Of a stretch of DNA of 64,000 nucleotides, positions 10,640-23,425 are shown one piece after another. Numbering within the stretch: position 1 is the stretch's first letter; each line of letters opens with the position of its first letter. Under the pieces are notes generated by a model. That model had not been told where the DNA came from. It saw only the letters and a list, made by a program, of their open reading frames with translations, and did no database searches. Source of the stretch: Bigelowiella natans CCMP2755 (Eukaryota; Protista; Cercozoa); the NCBI GenBank assembly GCA_000320545.1, contig ADNK01000487.1:1-64000 (forward strand), written 5' to 3'. The position numbers and the translations under genes were made by a program.

Positions 10640-12636
10640 AAAGAGAAAAGAGGAGAGGGTAGTTGAATACTGTCTCATGCGTATCCTATCATCATCCTAC
10701 AGGAATTGCTGGTGTGTCCGTTGTGGTGCGCATATTGAATGGAGAGGAGCACAAATTCCCTTCCTCCATGAAACATGGCCTCCTATCTCGAAGCTGGGGT
10801 GGCAGCGCCAAGGTAGTAGAAGCTGTTGCAATGATGATGATGGAGGGGAAGTACGACATACAATGTATATTTGTTTTGTGTGTGTGTGCGTGTTTGTGGC
10901 GTGTGTTCGTTGTCGAGACGCAATATGGGATGATATTGAGCGGTCCGGGTTTCTCTTTTCTTTCAGTATGCCATCAAGATTGTGCGAAGTACCGCAATAC
11001 CGTTGACGCAGGCGGAGCTGCTGGTAGTGTTTGCCATGTGCCCCCCACACACCGTGTGCCAAATCATATACACGAAAGATGTCTGCCACTGGGGAGAAGA
11101 TGATGATGATGATAATAGTAGTAAACAATAACAAGAAATGACGATGACAAGTGCTGCCTCTAAAACGAGTGCCTGCGTTCAGAACTTGAAGCCTCAAAGC
11201 AGGAGGAGTTCGTCTCGTGATTCCCGAGACAAACAGTCAAAGAAGAGCCCTAAGGTGGTATCTCTACGATTAAATTATTCCGCTTTTCGACGGTATTTTT
11301 TAATGTGTTACTCATGCTGCATCTGCTGCTGCTGTCTGTGTTGTTCGTTTCGTCCCCAACAAACAAAACAGGTGCTGGTGATGAGTGCTCCAGATAAAAG
11401 CTACTCTAAATACGCAGCAAAGTACCTCCAGATGAACAAGCACATTTCCGAGGTACTAGGAAGTAGTAGTAGCAACAGCCGTGGTGGGTGGTGGTGGTGG
11501 TGGTAGTGGTGGTAGTGGTTGTAATGGTAGCAGGTTTGCATAAATATTTGTTAGTTCTTAATGTCTGGTCAGAAGAGTCATCATGTAACATAGAGCAGCA
11601 GTGCCCCTCTCTCCTACTCCCCATATGATGCTCTAACCAATACTTGCATTGGCAGCACGTGTTCTGTTTCTCCTCGGACGGGGAGGTTGCTGTGCGCTCT
11701 ATCCTTCCTGAGATCCGTGACAGGTGTGCGATGTTGAGGAAGGGTGGGGGAGCGGAGAACGAAAGTGGTTGATTGTCATCATCGTCGTTTTTACCATTAC
11801 CAACCATTAGTGATGCGATTCTGTTTCTTCTTCTTCTTCTTCTTCCTCCTCTTTCTCAGGGGTATATCTGGGCAGGACTGGAGTGTAAACAGACTCCAAA
11901 ATTCGGTGCTGTACATAGGAACCGACAAGGGGGAAGAGTATGAACTCCGGCCTGAAATAAACTCAAACAACACCACGTTTCAACTCGCTAAGGTTGTTTG
12001 AGAGCCCGCGCGAGAGTGTGAGCGACTACGCCTCATCTGTGAAGAGGAGAAAGGGCCCCAATGGCCACTTGTGCCCACGGTCGCATCTTACGCCTGCTGT
12101 TGCTGCTGCTGCTGCCGCTACTGCACACACCACAGGTTCTGAATCTTGACAACGAACTGAAGGAAAAACCAAAACCGACTAAGAGAAAACTCAGGTGCAC
12201 TGCAATTTCACGTATAACCCTGCTGCTTGTTGCTGCTGTTGTCGTTATGTTTGACGCGGACGATGACGACGGTGATGATGTGATAATGATAATGTTAATG
12301 ATTACGGTGATGTGGTTTTAGAGGGAAAAGTGGCTTTGTCATTCAACCTACTCGAAGAGTGCCACTCCTCCCGTCCAACCTCAAAGTCGAAAAGGTATCC
12401 AGTTATGAGCAGGCCACTGGATCGTAGACTAAGCTCGTTCATTGCAAGAGAAAATACCGATCTCGTAACATTTGAATGGATAAAAATACACCATTGGATA
12501 AAGCTTATAATTTTCCTGTATTCATCAGAGCAATCTCTCATGGGAAGATTTGGAATGGCACCCGAATCAGATCACGGTTGGCCAGGATCTTACTCTAAAG
12601 CTTAGTTACATTAAGTTCAAGCCCAACAGTTCATGA
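7940..12636 (+). CDS. RXT3: RXT3-like histone deacetylase complex subunit with long low-complexity N-terminus
   Basis: Spliced exons give IRIPATNLTRNSYEIAKRRLWG / GIYTSDSDIVAILLHTG, matching the Rxt3 LWGxxxYTxDSDxVAxLxHxG signature. Later exons: VLYIGTDKGEEYEL and terminal NLSWEDLEW...FKPNSS* (stop 12634-12636), resembling plant RXT3-like proteins. Confidence 0.8.
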
Positions 12637-12849
12637 AGTCTAAATGTCACTACCAAAATTTGGAACGTGTTGCTCGACTCTTTTCTTGGTAATTGCTACC
12701 GAGGCATTTGCCATTTTGCTGCCTTTGAGCTGTTTCGTGCATTGCGACATCTGCATATGTCGTGAAAGTGGACACTTGATCTCTTCTAGAATACTGAAAT
12801 ACATTCCTTTTCGAAAATTAATGTCAGTGTTCATTTTTTACTCATTGCA

Positions 12850-13620
12850 CATCTAGACATACATTACTAGATAAAGAGGTATCCAGATATCACAGATACA
12901 TCTCTAGATCTAGCGGTGCAACGATCTACAATCATTATGACATCAAAGTTGCTTCGTACATACATTTAGACATCTAGACGCCTAGGTATCTAGATATGAT
13001 GTCGAAGAATTTGCTGCTTGCTAGCTTGTTGACGCACACCATCTAGCAGCTTGCTGTAGGCATAGTGCTCTGCCGCTAGCACAAGCTAGCAAGCAGTCTG
13101 GATCAACATTTTATAATTTTTGCTAGGAGAGTCTAGATCTAGCTAAGCTAGTTATAGTAAGCCTGCCAGCCTGCTAGCTAGCTAGCTAGACATAACTAGC
13201 TAGCTAGTATTGTATAGTTGTGGCATATGTGAAGTGGATGCGGCTACTAACTAGCTACGTACCGTCGATGGCTATATCTAGCTATGTCTAGCTGTCGTGG
13301 CATGCTAGCGCGCATGCAGCACTATCTAGCTATGGAGCGGCAGAGCACGCTACGCTACGACACCTATATAGTAGATGCGACGACATGACAACAAATGAAT
13401 GAACGCACGCAGCATGCATTAGGCGTTAGCATGCGGCACGTATAGCACACCTAGCTAGCTAGCTAGCTAGCCTAGCTAGCTAACAGGCGGGTACTCTCAC
13501 AAGCATGCATAGACTGCATGGCAATCGACAGCATCGTCGCAGTCCGTGCAGCGCAGAGTTTGTGTGCGTCGCACGCTACGTGTACGGCATCGTATATGGC
13601 TGTTGCATGCCGCACTAGCG
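12850..13620. repeat. CTAG/GCTAGC-rich intergenic island between convergent 3' ends
   Basis: ~35 CTAG in ~770 bp by manual count, including (CTAG)5 at 13441-13460; GCATGC also frequent. Confidence 0.8.
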
Positions 13621-13905
13621 CATTTGCATATCAGAACGTAAGAAAACTAAACCTCTCTTACAAGCTCTGAGATTTGCCATCTCTATATGTCAGTAAACTC
13701 TGGCTAGAACTAGAATATGATACACAGAGGTATTTAACTATGTGATTCCTAGAGGTCAGGTATGCGGTGCATATGTTATATTATAAATTTATACATTATG
13801 GCCACTACAATCAAAAACCACAAAATCTAGATGTTATGAGCTATAATGTTGCAATTTTAAATACATTTAAATCGGATATCAAAACTGAGTACAGACTAGT
13901 ATAAT

Positions 13906-15140
13906 TCATTTCTTTTTCACATCACCCTTTTCAAACTTAGCATCCCAAGCTTTCTCCATTCTTCTCCTAAGGCGTTGCGTACGTCGCAAATGCCTCAGTG
14001 TCCGACGATAAAAGGTCACTCTGTTTCTTCTTTCAAGATCAATACCCTTCAGGAGGGCAGTTTTCAAGCTAGTTTTTCTGTTGCTTGCCAACTGAGCAAG
14101 CAACTGATGCTTCTCGTCTCTTCTACCACAAAATCTATCCTGATTTCGACAGGTCCGTGACCCTCCACCTCCTCCTTTTGTAACCGAAAACGCCTTGAGC
14201 AGCTGGATCATACACTTAACTCTCTGCTCGGCATGGGCTCTCCTTTGCATCCGTCTTGAGATCATGGCCTTGCATTCCTCTGAAGAATGATGGCTATGAG
14301 GTAGGCAATGTGTTCTTGGACGAGGCGATGATGCCATACTAGAAGTGGATTCATCGGCACCACCATAAACTTCTAAAACTGCGTTGCCGATTCTAATGCA
14401 ATCTCCAGGGTGAAGAGAGTGCTGATACGTAGTTTAAATAGAGGAAAAAAATTAGAACATTTCTTTAAAGTTAAGAAAAAGTAGTGACACCTGCTCAACT
14501 CGAGATCCATTTACCCTTGTTCCATTTTTACTTGTATCTTTCAGTGCACCATTTGTTATAATGCAGTGGCTTTTCGAAACGAATGGGTCACCTGATAATA
14601 TCCATGTTAGTATATCTCCTAGAATTTTAAATTTGAATTTTATGAAAAAGCAGAGGTTGAATTTATCCCCCCCACTTTCAATTTCTTTCTTCCTGGTCTT
14701 CCCAAACTTACGAACCTCGAATGACGACATCATTGCGTCCACGCCTGCCAATAGTGACTCTTTTTCCTGTCAAGTCTACTCTGCGTCCCCTCCATAATAA
14801 AAACATTTGTTCCTTTTTGTCTTCGTCTTGTTGTTCTTTTTTATTTTCAATTCTTAAACCTGAACCCAGAGACAAAGAAAATTAGTTTGGAAGGCTGCGG
14901 TAGTCAAACAGTTTCACAGTTTTTATCCTTATTGCTTTTCTTTCACCTTCTTGGTTTGAAGATGTGGCAGCTGCACCCGCAGCAGCTGTGCGCTTCTGGG
15001 TGGTGGTTGGAGTCGAAATGGTGACTAAATCTTCTTCTATGGACCAAGGGGGGGTGGAAGGATTGCGTTCTTCCCTCTTCCTTGTCTTTTCGAACGGCGA
15101 AGTTGACAGCGATACACTGAATATATTCCTCAGAAATTCC
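13906..15140 (-). CDS. FHA-domain protein (5' end uncertain)
   Basis: Spliced: RVTIGRRGRNDVVIR / GDPFVSKSHCIITNGALKDTSKNGTRVNGSRVEQ / HSLHPGDCIRIGNAVLEV, containing the FHA motifs GR, SxxH, NGT and GDxIxIG. Basic C-terminal exon is ORF 13906..14337. Confidence 0.8.
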
Positions 15141-16105
15141 TAAAAAATCATAATATCTTTTCAATGCGTCATTAAAATATTGTTGTCGTAACTCTAAAGT
15201 AGAATAGTGAAGACAATACATGGAACTTTTTAATAAATCTGATTCACAGGAGACAAGCTGCTCACAACGTACCCCCCAGATAGCCAGATTCCCTCTTGCA
15301 CAAGGAACTTACCAGATGAATGTTGATATCACATTGCGACAATACAAATTTTGCCTTTTATTGGAAAAAGTAGGATATTATTTTATGCTCTAAGCTGTAT
15401 TATTGAATGAATTTGCACCCAAGGAATGGAAATAAAGGTCACTGAACTATGGAAGAGAATCACAAATCCATGAGCATTTTTCATGTAAGGCAGCGAAAAT
15501 CGATGTCGCATTTTAAACACTACATCGTGTTGTTCTTTATTTCCATTTTACACCCAAAAAAGGCGCCAAAAACATGAGCGTACTCGTAGCTATCACGTCG
15601 TAATCAATAATTGAACAAAATCCCCGATATTATCGGTGTTGCGGTTTTTATTCGGAAAAATTATAATCATTCTCTTTTTTAGTGTTTTCCTGACAAAAGC
15701 CACCATGGCAAACAATAAATGCGACCGCTTGTTACGATTTTCAGGCTAAATTCCGTAATGTGCGACTGGATATTTGTGAATGTGATCATGAAAAATCGGG
15801 GGGTATTTCATCCTACAGACGTCGAATTTTCATTGTCTCAGTCAATCAATCTCACATGGAGACTACAGGCATGCTGCTAGATTCCGAAACACCCCAGAAT
15901 GGTGGGAGAAACTGATGTGAGACATTATGAATTGGATAAAAGCCATGAAAACCTCCATCGATCTACCAAAATAAGGTAAGCACCAGCAGGAGATGTATCT
16001 GACGGTAACCAGCAAACGGCAAGTAAGGCTCCTTCGTCGGCCGCCACCACAGGAATGACCGACGCGCCCGACACTCCTTCAGCTGCATTCTGCACGTCTC
16101 CACGA

Positions 16106-17488
16106 ATGGATCGTGTTCATTTGTTTATCCTATGTCTATTTGCTGCTGCACTTCCAGCCTCGGCTAGCGGTTCACGAACAGCTCTATCAAACCGCTTCTC
16201 CACTCTCCGACGTGGTCTACGTACTCCGGTAGCAAGGTCTGGGTCTCAGGGCATCAGGTCTTCCGTGAAGGCCCGGGCCGGTAAGCTTTAAAATTTTGGT
16301 GCGAATTTTTGTGTTTTTTCCAGCTTTTTCGTGGTTGTTTTCAAAAGTTTTCTAACTACTTCATGGCCCCCCCGCCACCTCCGAGTAGGGTTGTTCACAC
16401 TGGCACACAAAAACAGAAATGCTAAGAGGTGGTTCCTTGCCAAATGATTAAAAGAAGATTCTCATTTCTTTATTTCGAAAACATGTAGAGTTCATGTGTG
16501 TGATATTTCTTCTTCCCCCCCCCGTCTCCGTAATCAGTTGGATATGTAGTAATTCTGCTGCATCCGCTGATATCAACGAGGTTGTCGCTGAGCCATCAGG
16601 TAGTACTTTCATGTGCAGAAGCGCCTTCAATATTTATTCTGTTATAAAATTCATATTAGCGGCTTCTTCTTTATCATCTTCCGAGCTTTCCGAAGCAGAG
16701 GCAGCTGCCGCGAAAACCAAATCCCTTGGTAACGATGATAATGACAACGACGACAGCGCACGTGCAAATTCAAACTAAAACGAAATCAAGGAATAGGATT
16801 ACATAAGTATATGTAAATAATAAAGCAATTCTTGTTGCAGGAAGATAATAATACGATGTTTCCGTGCCTTAGTTGCAATTTTGAGAGAATATTCAAACTC
16901 ACGGGTTGTCTATAAATTGAAGGTCTGATCGCCTCCGCTGTGGTTTCTCCCCACCCAGCAAAAGTAATAGTTATTCCACCACGAAACTTGCAAATCCATG
17001 AAGTTTGCGGTAGAGAAGCTGGTGCTTCTCTGGAATATGTGCATCGTGGCAACAGTTGAAACTTCCTGTCGATATGTGTTATGAAGGTGAAGAAGGGCGG
17101 CGAAGACGCGTTTTTCTTCAGATCCTCCCTCGTATGTTCCAAAACCTCACAACTTCTCGATTTTTCCTTCCCTCAAAATTTGTTGAATTTTATGCGAATC
17201 AACCAGGACGGTGGTGCTATAGGCGTTGCAGACGGTGTTGGAGGGTACTACTTACCGACATATATGTTCTTATCCTCCGGGACGAGTTTCCACGTGTTAT
17301 CCTTACTCTTTTCTCTTTCTCCCTTCTCAGGTACTCTGAGTACGGCATCGATCCTGGTATGTTCTCCAGAACTCTTATGCAACAGGTCTAGTTTGCAACC
17401 CCGCACCAAAATTTCGCGAATTATAATGATGATCTGCAGTAATACTACTCGAAAATACGCAAGCGTAAGCATACACACACACACACAT

Positions 17489-17529
<41 letters not shown>

Positions 17530-18042
17530 TGTGCGCATACATACGAACACAACAAACGCTGATATGATGTACGCATCGTCAACACCGCTATATAGCATCT
17601 TCCCGCTGTGCTAACGCTACTTTTTCCTTTTAGTTAAGTCAATCCGAGGCGAAACAGACTCAGGTCAACCCCGCGAGTGCCCTCAGAGAAGCGCAGGTGA
17701 GAGTGAGAGTGGGAGATAGAGAGAGTGAAAGAGAAAAACAGCCTGTGCAGTATTAATCATCGAATATTCTGCTAGTGCTGATGATGCTACTAATATCGCC
17801 TGATAGGAAGCTACACGCTTGCCTGGAGCATCTACTGCCGTCGTTCTTCAGCTCAACGGTGAGAAAAGATTGAAGAGATGTACATCTGGAGAAAATAGGC
17901 TGTTTCAGCACTCTCTTCGGCGATGTAGTGTGCATGAGCTTTCTTAATTCATAAACTTTCTTGGTTCTTTTGTTCTTCTTTCTTCTAAGTTTGGCTCGTG
18001 ACGATTTTGTTAATGTCGCCCAGTTGTCATCACCGTCATCTT

Positions 18043-18083
<41 letters not shown>

Positions 18084-18529
18084 TCTCTTTCCCAACAATG
18101 TGCTACAGGAACGTCTCGAGAGGCAACCTACGCCAACGTGGGAGATTCTGGCATCAGAGTCCTCCGAGATGGAAAGTAGTAGTAGTAGTAATAGTAGTAC
18201 TTGATAATAAATCCTCTTCCTCCATTGCAAATGAGTTATTATGATTCTCTTTTTCTTGCGGTGTGTGTGGTGGGCGTTGTGTACCCTTCTCCTCTTCCTG
18301 ATCATTCTCCTCCTCCTCCTCCTCTTACATTGCTTTTTGCGTCTCTTCTCCAGGATAGTTTACGCCTCACGGCCACTGATGCATGGTGCGTGTGTAGAAT
18401 ACCCCCTCCGCTTTTTCGTGTTAAAGCAGCAGCAGCAGCAGCAGCAGCAAATATGTAGTTGTTGTGTATAGCAATGATTGTCATTCGTGAGCGTAAGTAG
18501 ACTGTGGTGTCGTACTGGTTCTCTCCTTC

Positions 18530-18560
<31 letters not shown>

Positions 18561-18847
18561 CTTCTTCGCCCTCTTCCTCAGGCTTCAACTGTCCATACCA
18601 GCTCGCATACACGCGGTTATCCCCCAATGCACAGGTAAAGAAAAATATCACAAGAGAGAATATTTCTGATGATACTTAATGACCTCATCTCGAGAATCGC
18701 CTGACGATAACATGGGGGTGTAGCTTGTTTGATTGTTTGTCTGTCGTATTAATCTTCCGTCGTGCGGTTTATGAGTTTTTGTGGAAACGTTCGTGTGTAG
18801 TATCTCCTCTGAATAGTGTGCTGGTTGTCACCATCATCATCGTCATT

Positions 18848-18882
<35 letters not shown>

Positions 18883-19199
18883 TTGAAATCCAGACGATAA
18901 AGGACGCCGATATCGAGACAATACCGGTCATTTTCCGACAATTTATTATGATGATGATAAAATTGATATTGCTGTTGTTGATGCTGATGATGATGATGAT
19001 GAAAATGATGCGGGCGGATGAAAGTAAAAATCATTAGAATGTATAAATATATAGATGTGTAGATATATATCTGTGTATGTAAATTATTCCTAAAATGTTA
19101 CGTTCCTGTTTCTCTTGTCTTTCCCTCTCCTTTCTTCGCTCGCAGGTGCTGCCTGGTGATATCATTGTGGCTGCCACTGACGGAGTGTTTGACAATCTG

Positions 19200-19233
<34 letters not shown>

Positions 19234-20484
19234 TTATCAAACAAAAAAGGATTATGACCATGATACATCAAAATAGTTTATGGATAAATGCTCGTCGGTA
19301 GACACATGCATGTAATTGTGCCATGCTGCTGCTGCTGCCACAACGCATACCATCGTCGCGTTTCCCTCGCAACGACAACAACACGCAACGACAACAACGA
19401 CAACAACAACAACGACAACAACAACAAACCAACCAACCGGAAGAAGCGAATCCTTATTTATGCTGCTCGCTAATACTGCTCTTGTTGTTATATAGGTTTG
19501 ACTCGGATATCGAAGAGATTATATCGGATGAAGAAAGCGCAGGTCACAACAAACAACCAACAACACTCGGTCTCCCGGACGCACTCGTTTTTTGTGCAAT
19601 AAGCTCTGCAAATTATTGACGGCAGAGATTGTTCGTATCACTGCTCACCTCAATTTTGTGGTTGTGGTTGTGGTTGTGATTTCGGTGGGGATGAACTTCG
19701 TCGTCGCTCAACAGCTGGTAGCTCTGATCTTGAATTGGTGAAAAGCACTGCCAAAGCGCTGGCTGACGAGGTAGTGATGCGTTCCTCTGCTCTGCTATTC
19801 GTGTGTCCCTTTCATGGGAGAGAGTGTTGAAGGCGGGAATAGTGTGTTGTGCGTGTATGCAATGCTTCTCCCCATTAAGGAAGGAGGTCTACTACCGATT
19901 ATCAGCTATGACCTTGTGCAGGATTTTCACCGCTATTCCGCCATTATCATTAATCAGCAATATCAGTTTCACTCATTATGGCCGTCATCCTCATCCTCCT
20001 CCTAATCCTCCTCCTCTTTCTCATCATCATCATCATGAATTACAACCACATCATCATCAACAACAACAATAACAACAGGCGTTTGCTCGCTCCATGGATG
20101 CGAGATATATGTCTCCTTTCGCGCAAGGTCTCTGATATTCAGCCTTTCTTCCATCACGAACGATGCGTTGTACCCGCTGCTGCATCATCTCGCAGTGGAT
20201 GATCTTACTTTCTCCCCTCCCCCCCCTCTCGTTAGCGAAAGGAGAGCAACAAGGCGGGTTCGTGTTCCAAAAGCCAATAGGGGGCAAGCCAGACGACATC
20301 ACGGTTGTCGTAGCGCTGGCAAAAGAAGGTCCTAATAATGAATAGATGATGATGATGATCATGATGACGATGATGATGATGATGATGATAGGGTTGTGCT
20401 GCTGCTGCTGCTGCTGCTCGCCTCTGTTGCCACTTCTTACAAAATAAGCAGGCTAATTCATCACATGTACATCCGCGCGCGCGC

Positions 20485-20523
<39 letters not shown>

Positions 20524-21058
20524 GGGAGGGGAGGGGAGGGGGGGGTGATAGTATGAAAAGTCCCTTGTTAAAACTGATTTCTATTAATAAATACCCTTAG
20601 GCGGAGTAGCGGGGGCTGAGTCCGAAGTGCTACGTTCTCAGAAGGAGTGGGAACAGGTGGTGTGGTGGTAGTAGTACTAGTACGAGTGATTGCTGCAGAT
20701 CTGCGCTGCTGCTGACAGCAAAGAAGAGTCAAACAAGATCACAATCGTAATGAAGTGTGGTATCTTCTAAAAACGAAGGACACGCACTAACACACACACA
20801 CACATGTTTATATAGGCTCAACTGGTGGTACAGAAGCTGCTGGAGGGCAGCGAAGATGTAAGTGCTGGCAAGACTGAACCCATCAAAATCCAACCACATA
20901 CAAATATGATGCGTTTGTGTGTGCATGTCATATGCTGCTGCTACTGATGCTGCTTCTTGCTATCAGGTCGTACGAGCAACCCAAGAAGCTTTGAGTGCAG
21001 CAGAATCTGCAGGTGGGGCTGGGCTGGCTATGATTCATGCGTACTTCGTGCAGGGGGG

Positions 21059-21093
<35 letters not shown>

Positions 21094-21471
21094 TGTGTTT
21101 GTGTGTATAATTTATATCCACACCCAAAATTCCTCGAAATTTTGCTTGTATTATCTCCGCAAACAATTGCAAACATTGCTGCTATTTGTGCATGCATTCA
21201 TCTGCTCGTAGTAGTAGTAGCGATGTGGTGGTGGTGGTGGGCATGTTCTTCCGTTGTGCTCGTAGCAAATCATCATCCCCTTCACTGCGCCAAAACTCCC
21301 CCGACGAATCTCATCATTATTATCTAATGACTACCTTGTCTAGTCGATGATCGGAGCTGCTGCTGTTGTTGTTGTTGTTGTCTATGGCTAGGGATGGTGG
21401 CATCAGCGAGACCAGCAGCATCAGGGCCACGACCGAAGAAGAAACCCTCTTCCGGTAATAAATTGTCTACC

Positions 21472-21502
<31 letters not shown>

Positions 21503-21723
21503 ACCTATCTACCTACCTACCTATCTGTCTCCTCCTTTCGATAACGGTGGAATAGAGCCACCACTGATGACGATGACGGACGTTAATAAACAACCCCCCC
21601 CGTGCTGCATCGCGGTCAATACGAAGGTATGCAAGTATTCGTTGAGTCTCAAGTCGCTGCTATGGTAATAATATCACAATATCATTTGTCTCAATGCCTT
21701 TCGTTGCCGATGGATCTTCTATT

Positions 21724-21764
<41 letters not shown>

Positions 21765-21995
21765 ATATGTATACACATAATATATATATATATATATATA
21801 TATATCGTGTGTATGTGTGTGTGTGTGTGTTCCACGGTTTCCATTCATATTCTTCTCCTTCCCCTTTCTTGTGATAACGATTGGTAGGACAAGGCTCAGC
21901 TTCAACGAACGCTTGGACAGCTCGGGTAGCGTATACATAAACTACAGCGAGTATATCATGAGAATAAAGGATGTGCTTATCTATTCTCTCTCTGT

Positions 21996-22038
<43 letters not shown>

Positions 22039-22183
22039 TCCTCTTCCTCCTTTGTTTTTTTCCTCCTTATTGAATGACGATTATCAACTGATCATCCACT
22101 ACTATCGTCAATTAACAAATAGCCTCCCGACCTCTGGAAAGCTATCTAGTCTGAGGCAGAGATTGCTGGACTACAGAGAGTAA
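16106..22183 (+). CDS. PTC7/PBCP-type PP2C phosphatase with bipartite (signal + transit) leader and probable C-terminal SAP domain
   Basis: Motifs across many exons: PHPAK, GGEDAFF, IGVADGVGG, GIDPG, GASTA, ANVGDSG, FNCPYQL, GDIIVAATDGVFDNL, GGKPDDITVVVA. Leader MDRVHLFILCLFAAALPASASGSRTALSNRFSTLRRGLRTPVARS. Downstream exons splice in frame to MDKAQLQRTLGQLGLPTSGKLSSLRQRLLDYRE*; the unspliced alternative stops at 20345. Confidence 0.8.
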
Positions 22184-22439
22184 CAACGATAAATGATGAT
22201 GAGTATGAGGAACGAGTCACGATCGCGAATTCTAACCGTGGATGTGTATTCCAAATCTGAACAATGGCTTCTCTAGTCATCACTCGCAACAGGATAGTAG
22301 GCTTGAGACATTTGAATTTTATTATGTGCATGCGTGTCCTTCGCGACACCATGAATTCAAGGTTTCTTGCGATAGAAGTTGTAAGTTAAGAATTATTGAA
22401 CTCAAAATTTGTATTGATGTAAAATATTGTGCGTTTTGC

Positions 22440-23275
22440 GCATGCTAGCTATATAGCATGCATTTAATATGAGACAGGCTAGCTAGCGTAGCAGATGTGA
22501 TGAAGTGATTAAATATTTTCGATGGTCATCCTGATGACATAGCTGTGCAAAGCAGCGGCTACAGCGCTCATCATCTTGTGTCCATTTGTCTCTGTCGTCA
22601 TGTGCTTCATGTGCTTGGAAGCATCCATGCTAGCATGCTCTGTAGTAGATGCAATGTCACGCACAGTGTGCACAAATGCGCGCAGCTGTTTCTGCTCCTT
22701 TTCCAGCCATTCTTGCGTCATTTCGTGCAATCTAGCCATGCAGGCACAGTTGCATTGTCCATCTAGCCATGCTTGTCTCACTAGCTCCCATGAATCATGT
22801 TTGTGTCCATTGCACGTTGTGTTCAATGACAGGAGCGCGAGCATCGCGCTCATCATCAATTGCAGTCGACACCTCCAGACCTCTCTAGCTCTAGACCTCA
22901 GCGCGCACGCGCACGCACGCGCACACATGAAGTTTGCTTCAACTTCATCAACATCTCACCTCGCTAGCTCGATCGTTGATCGCACAACGCATTGCCAGAT
23001 CTAGAGATTGCAAGCCAGGTTGATCGCGACGTGCACAGCATCGCATTGTTTGCAACAAGATTGTGCAAGTATGCACAAGATGCGGCTGAAGCAGCGAGCT
23101 CGTTGGTGCAGATGTTGCGCCGCACGAGACAAGACGCATTGCCGAGGCTGCGATGTTCGATCCGCACACAGACTGGGCTGTCAATGAACAATGAACAATG
23201 ATGATGAACAAGCTGTCTGTCACGCTGTGCGACGGATCGGGTCTAGCGGCAAAGCAACACCACCAGAACAATTGG
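22440..23275. repeat. TpA-depleted, CTAG-sparing intergenic island
   Basis: 22650-23275 has 9 TpA, 8 in CTAG. Shares an exact 28-mer (inverted) with 1133-1160. Confidence 0.75.
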
Positions 23276-23425
23276 TTACCCGAATACCCGGTAATATCGG
23301 TATATTTTGCTCTAATACCGGGATTCGATTCCATTCAACTCCTCCAATCGACGAGTACCACCACCTGCGTGCTCGCATAACAAGATCACACGCAGGCACG
23401 CACCACCCGCCCAACAAATCTACAA

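Noticed and set aside
13441-13470. CRISPR array or Helitron 3' ends from CTAG runs
   Set aside because: No repeat-spacer periodicity in a eukaryotic context; dozens of CTAGs without consistent subterminal hairpins.
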